Below are positions 28,595-41,471 of a stretch of 64,000 bases of DNA, piece by piece (positions within the stretch are counted from its first letter, which is position 1; each line of letters begins with the position of its first letter). The stretch is taken from positions 8,457,794 through 8,521,793 of the forward strand of contig OZ199838.1 in assembly GCA_964304625.1 (NCBI GenBank). The letters are read 5' to 3'. A program made the position numbers and the translations under genes. The notes under the pieces were generated by a model. The model made no database searches. It had not been told where the DNA came from and saw nothing but the letters and a program-made list of their open reading frames with translations. The stretch comes from Kudoa neothunni (Eukaryota; Animalia; Cnidaria).

Positions 28595-30041
28595 TTATTC
28601 AATCACTGATACATAAAAATAATCTGTTACTCTATTTGTCATCCATGAGTCATTAATTATTCGATGAACTTCTTTCCCTACATCCGAAATACCTTTCATA
28701 TTGGTAGAATTTTTCTGTCTCAAAAATCTGAATAGACCGTCGTAATATTCTAGAGCCTGACAAAATGAAACTGGTGGATTCACAACATTTTCGTCATCTT
28801 CATCGATATCATGGTTTGTTGCATCCTAGGTTATTTTAATAAAATTGATAAGTTCCTTATCGTTGCTTTACACATGATTGATTTCTCGTGCTCTATACCT
28901 TTGGGAATTCCTGCATCAACGGTATCGGTACTATCATTATTCATAAGCATAATAGATTTATCTGTCATCTCTATAGAATCAAAAAAACATTTTTGAAACA
29001 ATTGATGATTACTTTTTTTTACCAGCTTCCAGGCATCAAAAATAGTGTGTATTTCTTCAAGGATATCGACAGGCTAGGTTTTTCTACGTTAGCATCCAAC
29101 TGACTCAGCAGTCTTCCGAAGACAAATTTTTTGTAAAATATTTTAAAATTATTAATGATCCCTTGGTCAAGAAGTTGAAGAACGCCCGTTGCACCTTTGG
29201 GAAATAACACAATTGAATATTTTTTTATTTCAGTACCGAATGAGCCGGGCAGTTATCAAGAAAAATGATAATTTTTCAATTTTTTGGCCAAACAAATTAT
29301 CAAACTGATTCATATATTTTATAAATAAAATAGATGTCATCCGTGGTTTTTTATTAGAATTAAATTCTAACGGGAAAGTAGTTAATCCTTGGAAACATCT
29401 AGAGTTTGCGTACTTCCCTATCAAAAGGGAGGAAGTTTCTCTCCGGTCATCGAGCATCCAAGAAGAATTGTTACACGATTTTTTGGTTCTTTCGTTCCCC
29501 TGACATCTTTTTCAAATCCAGTTATGTAACCTTTATCTAAAAAAATCAAGGAAGCAATTGGACAAATAATGCAAACTTTTACATTCTTGATAGAAAAGAC
29601 TAGTCTGGTCAATATTAAAAACATCTTCTGGCGTCAATTTTTGAAGTATATTATGAAGCTTTTCTTTCCATTCGGTGACTATATCAATGGGAACACGTCC
29701 AATTTCACCGTGGAAGGTAATATATTTTAGATTAAAATGATCTATATTCTGAACATTTCTCTTTGAAGCAACTAGTCTTGCCTTTACAATTATTTTATCA
29801 GTATCATTACTGACGTTTTTTTTAAAGTTTTTCGGGAACTATTCAAAAGTCCTGAATCTCCTTACCTTAAAACTGATTCTTTTTTCATTCAAATGCCATC
29901 CAATGTTGACATTCTCTTTATGCCAAATTTAATCATAGTCATTGTTTTTGAATATTTCGGTTCACAGATAGACTTATAATATAATATAATCTCATATTTC
30001 TCTGATAAAGTTTTGTAATTCCGAAGTTTACTAGACTTCAT
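28595..30041 (-). mobile_element. pogo/Tigger-like transposase pseudogene
   Basis: HTH_psq-like KTLSEKYEII, VFNIDQTSLF, RVTILLGCSMTGEKLPP, LDNCPAH, FPKGATGVLQLLDQGIINNFK; multiple frameshifts. Confidence 0.88.
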
Positions 30042-30655
30042 TTTATGTATGACTAGCGGGAACTGCCCAGCGTTGCTTGGGGAAGATTTCGCGTAGATAC
30101 GTTTCTTAATAATATTCAAAAACTATATTTAAGTTTCAAATTAACCCATGGATGCAAAATAACTAAAAAAATTTAAGTGACATACTTTCAACGATTTGGA
30201 TTAGCGAAATTTAAATTATGATCATTTCTGTGAAGTAAAATATCAACATAAATAATTTATATAATTAGATGAAATAATAGTACAACCATCTGCATTGAAT
30301 TTAATCACTGAAAGTTCAACACAGCGGACGATTTCAATCGTATCTACGGACATGGTGCTTGTATTATAAAGCTTCAATCTATCTGATTACAGATTTCCTT
30401 GCCAAATCGCTATTGAGGATGCAAACATAGACTTTTTCTCATATTTTAAACCATTAATAGAACTTTCAAATATACTTATCAAATCATATACGCTAAAACC
30501 CCCGAAATAAGGATTGTATTTGCGCAAACACCCAAGTAGACAAGCCAACATTATACACAAAGATAGAAGATATCGTTTAATTAACATTTAAACAGAGCAT
30601 ATAAGGAAGAATATTAACTTCAACCGACCATCAGGAGGTAGTAAGCAGTTGTTAA

Positions 30656-32868
30656 CTCTTTGTGGCTAACCATTGGATCCACGATCCATGTAGAGGTATA
30701 TATCTCATTCATAGATCAAAATAACGCGCAATTTTAGTTCTAATTTCACGTAAATTACAAGCAAAACAATTTCTATCATCTTATAAAATTAGAGGGGAAA
30801 AATTTTTTCTTATTTTAATCCGTGTTTTCAACTCTTGGCCTTAATATTAAGTTGACTAATATTGGTTATGCACGACAATTAATCATCCCTCTGGTGTGTT
30901 CCAAAGCTAGAATGGCAAGTTTTGATTCACCGAGTGACTCTCTTTTGTCGGATAATGAAAGTATTGCGTCGCTTGAGTTAGAAAATTACTTAGACGAATC
31001 CTACTTGAATAGCGATGAAAAAGAAAACAATATAAATGGTAAACAATACTTGTAAATAAATAGATTTTATATGATTAATGATTAATAAAGATGCATTCGA
31101 TAACGATAACGACACAATCAGGTAAGCTGATTAGTCTTATATTCTCCACAAGAATGGTAATAATAGACTAAAAGATAACTTTGTTTCGAAAGACGAATCA
31201 ATTATCTGGTCATCCCAACCGAGATCTGGAAGAAACCCCTCCACCAATATAATAAGCGCTAATATTCGAAAAGGCGTCCCAATCGATTCAATAGATACAA
31301 CAACACCAATCAGCACTTTCACCCTTTTTTTACTTCAAGGATGATGGATGATATTATTTTATACACTAATAGAAAAGGTTTCGACGTTTTAGCAGAAAAA
31401 TGGAAATCTCCCGATTTGGATCAATTCAAAGCGTTTACTGGGCTGCTACTTCTGAGTGGTGCTTATACATCTAACTTTGAAACAAGCGAAATATTGTGGC
31501 ATGAAATACACGGAAGGCCATTATTTCGTGCCAAGATGTCCCGTGAAAGATTTAAAAAGATTTCTAATTCATTAAGATTTGATGAGTATTGGAATCGAAA
31601 TAATTCTGATAATTCGACCGACAAGTTTAGACCTATAAGGGATATTTTTAATCAATTTAGTAACATCTGCAGAACAAGTTACTTACCAGGTGTAAACTTA
31701 ACTGTAGATGAACAGTTATATCCATTTCGAGGGAGAGTATCGTTTTTAGTCTATATGCCTAAGAAGCCATCTACGTATGGTATAAAATTTTGGGTAGTTT
31801 GTGACAGCGAAACTCGATATGCATCCAACATAATTCCATATGCGGGTAAAGTAAACAACCAACGTGAAGCAACCACACGTTTTAAAGTAGTCGTTGATCT
31901 CACTCAGCATTTGCTCAACTGTGGCCGAAGTATTACTTGTGACAACTTTTTCACGACTTGGAAACTTTCCCAATGTTTACACAAAAATAACACATCTATA
32001 CTAGGAACTGTAAGAAAATGTCGAGCATTTATCCCGTCAGAATGTCTACCTAATAGGAGCAGACAACTATATTTATCTATGTTTGGATTTTAAAAACAGT
32101 TTACGCTAATGTCGTACGTTCCTAAAAAGGGCAAGTGTGTAATAGTCCTTTCATTAGAGCACCGCAATGGCAGCGTAAGTTCTGGCTATAAATCCAAACC
32201 AGATATGATATTGGATTATAACGTCAAAAGATGTGGTGTTGACACCATGGACCAATGCGTTTCCACTTACACCTGTAAGAGGAAGTGTAAAAGGTGGCCT
32301 TACGCTGTATTTTCCCAAATCCTAGATGTAGCCGCATTTAATGCATTTGTGGTTTTCAACCAAAAAAATCCAATGGACTTTAAAAAAGATAAATCAACTC
32401 ATCGGAAAAATTTTTTAATAACATTATCCATTGAACTAATTAAACAGCACCAGGACAGAAGATTTGCTAATCTTAAGATTGCACACCAACCCGTAGTAAA
32501 ACGGTCATTAGAAGTAATTGAATACAGGTTCGATAATGAGGTGGTCTCTAAAAAGGATGTATACCAACATGTGAGAAAACGCTGCAAATATTGTCCCCTT
32601 GCTCTTGGCAGGAGAAGTAAGCGAACTTGTACAACATGCAACAAATATGTTTGCAATGAGCATTCAACCAAAAACATTATATGTATAAATTGTGGATCGA
32701 AAAATTAATTGCTCTTCTGAGCTGCTTATTTCTCTCTGCGTCTACTTCATAGAGTATTTAAAATAAATCGGATTATTTTGTAATCCATTAATCCCAAATT
32801 TTAGTCCGATGGATCGTGGATCCAATGGTTAGCCTTAACGTAACAGTTCCATGGTTAGCCGTTACGGG
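30656..32868 (+). mobile_element. piggyBac transposon, nearly full length
   Basis: TTAA at both ends (30652-55, 32869-72). Terminal and subterminal IRs (ggctaaccattggatccacgatccat). DDD motifs TVDEQL, TCDNFF, GVDTMDQ and a C-terminal Cys-rich domain; in-frame stop at 32091-93. Confidence 0.95.
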
Positions 32869-33203
32869 TTAATCCTATTGTTGAACTCAAGCAATCCGAT
32901 AAACAAACTTTGAATCGACAAAATCACCATTTTCTAAACACTTTTGGGGACATTTTGTCGTGCGAAAACGATTTAGAGATTTGTTTAAACATTATAATTT
33001 TTAAAAAATTTCATGAATTTCTCTCTAAAACTCGTCCGAATATTGTAGCTGTAATACGAAGTCACCAACCACAAATATCACATTAGTTTTTATTTATTTT
33101 GAATATACAATAAACTTTGAAAATATCTCTGTTAATTTTTTGGTGAGCGCGCGTAAAAATTTTAAAACTTGTATTTTCTTCATTTGGGTTTAATTTTATA
33201 CGT

Positions 33204-33239
33204 GGGGATCCGCGGTTCCAAAAAGGTTGAAAACCACTG
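33204..33239. mobile_element. Orphan hAT right end
   Basis: ggggatccgcggttccaaaaaggttgaaaaccactg is a Charlie-like terminus; no partner end found. Confidence 0.55.
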
Positions 33240-33565
33240 GTTTAGAATATGTGGATAGTGTTTCGGGAGCTCACACCAACACTGTTGTGGGCACTTGGGA
33301 TGCCATAAAATACCGAATATCTCCAAGAAATAGAACGTCATCAGTTAATGAGGATGGAACTATTCGTATAGTTGGCATTAATGAATTTCTTAGTGAATTT
33401 CAATGGAGAAGACGCAATCTAAATGACTTCTGGTGTGGTTCCATACGATCTCTAAAAATTAATCTACAACCAAACAACTGTTGTTAGCCTAGTTGCGTTT
33501 TGTATAAAAATTGTTTTTATAATCAATGTAAATACTATTTTATTGAGAATTAGGGGGCTTAGACC
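33240..33565 (+). mobile_element. 3' fragment of a Merlin element (same family as 63290-64000)
   Basis: GAHTNTVVGTWDAIKYRISPRNRTSSVNEDG is nearly identical to GAHTNTIECTWGAIKYKISPRNRTSSVNEDG at the window end. Confidence 0.8.
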
Positions 33566-33966
33566 AAATTTCAGTCCCTTTTTTATTTCGTTTTCAAAAA
33601 TTATATAAATTTTGAAGTCACACTGTTAAAAATCTGTAGTATTTTTTAAAGGAGCGGTTACCAATCTTCTCTTAGGATACCTTTTTTCACGGCGACAATA
33701 CTGCATTGTTGAATTATTATAATTATTAAAGTAAAAAATTATTAAGAACAATTCGTCATTTTTCTTTTATAAAGAAACATTGAAAATTTTGAATTTTAGC
33801 ATCACGTCTATCAATTCCATGAAATGAACTTTTTTTATATATAAATAAGAAAAATAGAAAATTATTCACAAAATAAAGAATTTTAAGCGCTCTATATTAA
33901 TTTATTAAGGCTGGAATCGGTACCGACTGACTCACACGATGCGCGCGTCTCTCCCAGTACACTAAA

Positions 33967-35870
33967 ATGTCCGGATCAGTTTATGGAGGAGGTTACATTT
34001 ATATATATATATATATATATTCTTATAATACATATTAAATTTTTAGATGACGTTGGTGCGATAGTGTTTGATTTTGGAGGTTATACTACTAAATGTGGAT
34101 ATGCAGGGGAAGAATTTCCAAAAGTAGGTTGTTTTCTTGTCGTATTTGGCTTCACATTTTTGACGTGACAACAGTGTGAGATGCCTTCCTGTGTCGGATT
34201 TTCCACGCAAAATGTCGCCGTAACAGAAGAATTGGATATGACTGTTTATGACGATGATGACGTGTATATTCCACCGCGACGCAGTACTTTGTAATGTCGT
34301 TTGGCAACCATAAAGAAATATATAATAGTGAGGCATAACACCATCTGTGGCTATAATAGTTTGTCCCACATAAGTCCGAGCTATCAGCTTAAAATGTTGT
34401 ACGACAATGATTCATGTAATAAAGAGACGTTTTTGCGATTATTATCTACTCAGTCAATCTCTTAGCACTCAATATGGATGTGGTTGAAGAAATGTTAAAT
34501 CACATGTATCAAAGTGTTCTTTTTACCACTACAGATAGCCATCCTGTTCTATTAACGGAGCCATTTGTAATACAATAACATTTGTGATTGGCGTTACTAA
34601 TACTAATAATAGGACAATGCGAAGAAAAATAGAGATCGAATGACTGAATTAATGTTTGAAAAATATAATAGTCCAGCTATTAGCGCTTGTAAAGCGCCAG
34701 TGTTGGCATCATTTGCCAATGGTCGAACCACTTCACTTGTGGTTGATATGGGTCACAGCAAGACTAGTATTTGCCCAGTGAGTGATGGTTATTGCTTGAC
34801 CAGGGCGTGTACTACGTTGGATGTGTGTGGTTCTTATCTTTTAAAACAAACCGAAGCTCTGCTCAAAAATACATTCCGCGTCGATCTAACTCCAATGTCA
34901 TGCATTAAAAACAAAGTATTAGACTTTGTTATTGCATCGTGCGTTTCAACATGAATGCAATAGCGATTAAAAAACTTGGAAGAAACCCCTATGTTTACTT
35001 TAAAAGATAATTTTAATAATTTCGATCCAAATTGGATAACCTATCAAAGAATGCAGCTTATACACGATTTTCAGTTGAGCACACTTTCAGTTGCTGATTA
35101 TCGTTTGAGCTTTGAACGTGATAAGTACTTCTATATGTAAAAATAATTCATTATGATGTGATTTTCCAGTACCCAAAAAATCTATCCTATAAGTTGTATG
35201 GAATATCAATTTCCTACTGGATACCGCATGGACTTAACGAAAAAATTCCACCAAGAACAACATTCGGTTAAAATTCCTGAGTTTTACTTTAATGAGGATC
35301 TACAGGTATATTCTATTTTATCTATGTTTGTGTTATCCAACGCTTTTACTCATTAGAGAAATCTTAATATGCCAGTTGTAAAATCGATTCAGTCGGCTGT
35401 TGATGAAGCAGTTGATAAATGTGATATTGACATGAAAACGGTAATATTCCTCGGAATTATTGTATGAGTGTTGATTTGTCTGATGTGCGTAGTGTCTTAT
35501 GAATAACATTATATTGTGTGGTGGTTGTTCTTCGATTAATGGCATGAGCGATCGTCTTTATAACGAATTAACTGCTATAACATCGCCAGTATGTTTGGAT
35601 ATGGCCCCTATAGTGCGCATATTTTGATTTCTTTAATAGACAATCAAAATCAAGGTATTACAGCCAAGTAGTTCAGCGGAGAAAAAGTTTAGTTCCTGGA
35701 TTGGTGGATCAATTCTTGCTAGTTTGGTCATTTGCTAACCATTTTCAACGTTTAATATTCATCCTATTAATGCGTATCAAATTTAGGGTTCATTTCAACA
35801 GTTATGGATATCTCCATCGGAGTACAAAGAAATTGGTCCAAATTGTATTGACTTACGTTCTGTTACCTAG
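33967..35870 (+). CDS. ACTL6A: Actin-like protein 6 / ARP4 (BAF53), multi-exon
   Basis: Spliced N-terminus [34 protein letters not shown], then HPVLLTEP, MTELMFEKYN...[28 protein letters not shown]. Stop at 35868-70. Confidence 0.93.
34000..34020. repeat. (TA)n microsatellite in ACTL6 intron 1
   Basis: tatatatatatatatatatat lies inside the 55-nt intron 33992-34046. Confidence 0.9.
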
Positions 35871-36522
35871 CTAGCTCAATAAATTCTCTTTTGTTTATAA
35901 ATCTTATTGTGTTATATCCCTTTGTTTATTTTACATGCAATATTTTATTGGAAGCATTCTATAAAATAATTTTTTTTTTCATACTTCGCATGGGTGAGTG
36001 GATCTGCATATAATGTTAAATAATAATTATTTCATGCGAGTCACAATTAAAAATGTTTTCATTCTTATGATCGAGAATTTATAAACTTTTATTGGTTTAT
36101 TTATCTCAGTGCTTCCCCAATTGAGGGTCGGGGACTCACACCTTGAGTCAACGAAAAAATCTTATGGCCAAAAATGTTTCATACGTAATGTACCGATTCT
36201 AAGTAATCAGAATCTCTTTCGAAAATACATCATGTGCGGAATCGAATCTGAAATAGATCTGGTAAACAAATAGTCATTTGATGAATTTTCCTGAAAATTA
36301 ATTTTATTTCAAATTACTATTTTCGAATTATTAATATATGAAATATTCGATTTTTAATAAAAAAGATTGATGACTCGTTAAATATTTTAAAATGGGTTGA
36401 AATATTAAAAATTTTATTATTTGTTGTTTTAAGTAAACCATGAGGTAAGCAAGTATTAAAGTTTAGTTAGCTTCAAGATTATGTTTTTTGTTTTGTTTGT
36501 TGAATTATTTTAAATTGTTATA

Positions 36523-38077
36523 CAGTAGGTAACCTATTTTCCGTAATGACCGATTTTCGGTAACTTCGGAGTTTCTTCCATTAGAATATTGTTTTAATAT
36601 TTTAAACCATATATTTGATTTTATTAAAATATACTAAACAGGAGTGCAAAAATGCTACTTTTAGTAAATTTTAGCTCCTTTCTATTACTACTCTAGATAT
36701 CATCTTGATTAGGAAGAAAGATATAGTTTTATCTTATAAACTGGTTTGGCTACTTCAGAGAGAAAAAATTTAAAACAGTGTTCAAATAGTGGCATCGATA
36801 CTATAGTATATGACTAGGTGAATTATTTGAGATAAAAAAATTAAGCTATCTGATCATGATATCGTACATGAAACAAACCAATTGACAAAATAATTGAACC
36901 TAAGCGTAGTAGCGATCCATGATTGTTCCGTGGCTTTAAATCGCGATTTATTTTAAAAATATCACTGCTTATGGTGATGTTGCTTATGTTGACTAAAGTT
37001 TTGTAGAAAATTGGTAATCTAAATTGAATGACTAAGTCATTGGTAACAACGATGACTGTATCAATAACCTTGAAGAAACTACACTATTTTACTAACAATA
37101 TAGATATCTATTATTTTTAATGCTGTTTCGTCGAGAGAAAAAAATCTAAAATATAGTTACTGTTTTGAGACGTGCATCTACGCCTGGGGGTTGCATTGAA
37201 CCTCTTGTGATTGGAAATCACAAAAACCATGTTGTTTTAAAAATGCTAAATAAAACATTTATAGCAAAGTACAAATCAAACAGGAAAGAATGGATGACAA
37301 GGAAATAATTTAAGAAATACCTTCCTAATTGTAACAATGAATTCAAAACGACGTACAAGAAAGTTTTTCTACTTGCCACGACAAAATTCATTTATCGAGT
37401 ATCTCTCTTATATTCCTTACAAAAAGTTCAAATAGCGTTTTGCCATTATTAGACCTTGAAATCATTTTCTTATTCAAATCAAATTACAAAAATAATTTAA
37501 TAGAAAGCCATATTGCTGCAGTTAGCAATGATATAAATACATCCTTCCAAGGTAGGCTTCAAACATTATTCCTAATTATAAATAATGGGACGGTGTTTCA
37601 AAGGATATTGTATTTAACTGATTCAGAAAATATGAGTTTCCTGCAGCCGATAAATACGAGCGTTCATTAAATATCAATTTAAGCAATAAATAATTCTCAG
37701 CTGGAAATTCCGAGATTTTTCAAGAGGAAGCCATTATGCCTACATCAAAACACTTTGACGAGCTTGCTCCTTTGATTGTTGAATCTGCGGATTCTGAAAC
37801 TGAAACTTTATGAGCGGCAGAATTTATATCAGAAAAAGATGTACTTAAATTTTTGAACAAGCAGAATAGATATACGATAGAGAGGAATTAATTATCTAAA
37901 CGAAATAATGACTTAGGATGACAAAATTACGACAAACGTCTTTAAAAATATGAATAAAAATAACATATTATTTCAATAAAAGGAGATGAATGTATAAATT
38001 AAATTAATTGCTTTAAAATAGGCGTATCTTTTTATTTTTGCGTGCGCAGAAAGTTATGGAAAATCGGTTACCTACTG
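36523..38077 (+). mobile_element. pogo/Tigger-like element, heavily decayed
   Basis: TIRs ta|cagtaggtaacctattttcc / ggaaaatcggttacctactg|ta. Remnant VIGNHKKP..F...YKSNRKEWMT and LLDLEIIFLFKSNYK. Confidence 0.85.
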
Positions 38078-38602
38078 TACTTCACATGAGAATCAATTTT
38101 CACTAAAAAATTATGTAAAATTGAACTTTACATTAGAGATGGGCCACATATTTACAGTCAACAACGGTTATTGCGTAGTCTTTTTGGGAAATGACAAAAA
38201 GGTATGCAATACAATACACATTCAGTGAGTAATATCCACCTGGTTTCGCGCGCATCAACTATAAAACTCAATTATTTTTTTAAACAAACTAATTAACATT
38301 TATTTGTTGGAAACATTGTTAGAAAAGTACATTTCTAAGTTTACTTTACAATATTCGATACATTATCCATCATTGGGTAGAAATCATTCAATCCGTCTGG
38401 GTCTTAAGTTAAAATGTTCGGCGTATTTCTGAGATAGCATCCTTCAGTTTCACCGCGTTTAATATATACGTGAGGTGGTCATTTTCATTTCAAATAAATG
38501 GATTGTTCTTATAAAAATAAAAACCACATATTATAATCTCACACGTTTTGCATGATCTAACTGATTAATAATGGTACAGCCACCACGTTAGATTTATTAA
38601 AA

Positions 38603-41471
38603 GGCAATGGCTATTGGCACGGTAATCGATAACTCCATAACCGCTTCTCAGTTTATAACCACATTTCTCAAACTTATTTATCGATTTTTTTCCTACAAAA
38701 TTTTCTATAAAAACATAAAATATATGTTTATCATCATAATAACCCCATTAAATAGAACGGAACGTTTAAAATAACAAATTATAGGTTATTATTAACGTAT
38801 ATAATCTAATAAAATTAATTATAACCAGTATTTTCATAATATGTAAAAAATGGGCGTCCACCATTATTCATTGGTTGGGCGCGCAAAAACTACACCACGT
38901 GTCAAGACTCGCGAATAATTAATTTAGATGTTTACATCAAAAATATATAAACCTATTTATAATTTTTATGTTACGTACGAGTATTAAAAATTTAACCTCA
39001 ATTTTTGTATATTTGTAATACATGATGTTATGTAGGTTTTATGATAATTATTGGATAATGAATTGCCAGCATAAGAAAGTAGAAAAAAAATTTAGGATAT
39101 TTCTTGGAATAAAGATCATAATACCAAGATATTTGTAACCGTTCTACATTAGATTCAATATTAAATGATTTCAGTTTTATTTTAAGGCAGTGATACTTAT
39201 ACGACGTATGAATTCACATGATCGCGCAATTTTAAATTCATAGTTATGGAGCAAACAAGTCAATGCAATAACGAAAAAACTTACTTTGGGATAGGAAAGA
39301 AGTTTCCCACAATTGATTCACTATGCGATACGATTTATGCTTATGAAAAGAATAAATGTTGTTATCTTAAAATATACAGCTCAAGATCTATAGAAAATGC
39401 ACAGAAACGAATGAATAGATACCTTAACCCTTTATTGGTTTATTATGAAATAAAACACGTTTGTATTTTTGCTAATAATTATTATTTTTATTTGTCATGT
39501 CAAAATTATCAAAAATTTCGACAAAGAAAATGGTGATATTTTAGTTTGTGATCGTTTCTATTTATTACAGGAGTAAGTTAAGTCGAAGATTCCTGCAACA
39601 AAAAAGATGACAATTTTTCAGATAATATTTGTTTAAGAATTTCCACGTCGTAGAACAACCGTCCAAATTATCGTTGTTTATTATTATTAATAGAAATTAC
39701 AGACCGAGCGGTAATAATTGATAAGTCATTCGATAAAAAACAAGAAATGAAATATTGGAAGATGGCTGTAATGCCAATTTACATAATATCTCTGATATAG
39801 CGCACGTATCAACATACAACGATATTAATCGTAACTTATTACATGTTCAAAATGAGATAATATCTAATAGGTCTTATTCTTTCCAATAAGGTAAAATCAG
39901 TAGGAAGACCGGCTAAAGTGCAGAACAGGTCGGTGGATTAGACGGGGTTATAAATTAATCTGGCCATAATCTCACCAATGCAGCGAAGAAAACAAATCTT
40001 GAAAAACTAACTAAAGTTATATATTTCGCAGATTGTTTTTAGAGTTTATGATAGTAGTTTCCCTCTAAATTTAAAATGGAACATAAATTCCGCAATATAA
40101 GATACTAGCATTCCCTCTTTTTTGTTTGGAACCTTTCGATACAATCTTTTAAAAGCGGACCAAGTTCCCTCTATTCGATTTGTATGATAGCCATTCCTAT
40201 TCACAAACTCTCTCTCGTGAATCACCTTTTGATGAGCATACATATTATTAGAAACATTATTATATCCCAACCAACCATCTGTGACAATATTCGAACCTGG
40301 CATTACATTGCGAGATATAATATCATCCAATATTATTGCGGTTCGGAATGTCGTTTGCTCCATAAATACGTTTCCGTTACTGTCGATGCCACCTACTATC
40401 CATGTTTGTTGATTTCTCAACAAACGCCCAACATTTGCTTTCCTTTTACATACCAGACTTTCGTCTATTCGGACATTAACGCCTGGACCGCCTACCATAA
40501 TTGAATTTTTCAAAAAATAATTAACATGGATATCTCGAATAAAATTTTTCCAATCGCAAGCAGTGTGATTGGAACCTTATCGTGCTTCTCGACAGAGCGC
40601 TTCTTGGGAATCGTTTTTATAGACAACACAATAAATTATTATGAATATTTGGCAATAGAAACAATAATTATCCCTGTATTTTTTTCTTCGTATAAAGTTA
40701 ATTGGACTCCCACAGGAATGCACTTTTGAAGACGGCAGTAATTTGAGACGTTGCATCATCTTTACGAACCCTAGTTTGTTCTGATGAAAGTGTGGAATAT
40801 CTCTCTCATTTATTTCATCTATGTTATCAATATCAAAACGTTCCAAATCAAACTCATTGACGTTCATTCTGAAGGTTGGCAGAAACCCCGCAACTTAAGG
40901 ATTATTATTAATGCGGCAAATCTCATAAGGCGATTAAGGGCTAATCCACCGACCTGTTCTGCACTTTAACCGGAAGACCTAGGGGAAAAAGATTAACAGC
41001 CATAGGCCTACCAAAAAAAAAGAAAACAATAATCGAATGTTTCCAAGTAAGCCATAACGAAAATTTATCATTTTATTCCATTAAGTATACTTTTTTGGAA
41101 GTCAAATATTTTTATTTTTCTTATTGTGACAAAAATTCTGATGTAAGAAACAGCGCAAACAAATGTATAAAACAAAGTGATCATTGCCTGCGCGCCCAAC
41201 CAATGAATAATGGTGGACGCCCATTTTTTACATATTATGAAAATACTGGTTATAATTAATTTTATTAGATTATATACGTTAATAATAACCTATAATTTGT
41301 TATTTTAAACGTTCCGTTCTATTTAATGGGGTTATCATAATCATAAACATATATTTTATGTTTTTATAGAAAATTTTGTAGGGAAAAAATCGATAAATAA
41401 GTTTGCGAAATGTGGTTATAAACTGAGAAGCGGTTATGGATATATCGATTACCGTGCCAATAGCCACTGCC
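38603..41471 (+). mobile_element. Internally deleted MULE with ~283-bp TIRs
   Basis: Near-perfect TIRs at 38603-38885 and 41189-41471; 9-bp TSD ttattaaaa/ttattaaac. ZSWIM3-like N-terminal ORF at 39246-39536. The C-terminal GRPRGKRLTAIGLP is restored when the Merlin insert is removed. Confidence 0.92.
39911..40971 (-). mobile_element. Merlin/IS1595-like transposon nested in the MULE
   Basis: 31-bp TIRs gg(c/t)taaagtgcagaacaggtcggtggattag and a perfect 8-bp TSD ggaagacc. Motifs VRIDES..KRK, VTDGWLGY, HTNRIEGTW. Confidence 0.95.

Noticed and set aside
30620-32900. IGLTTAYYL on the minus strand across the piggyBac empty site, suggesting an FAD oxidase
   Set aside because: No preceding GxG motif, and a stop follows within a few codons.
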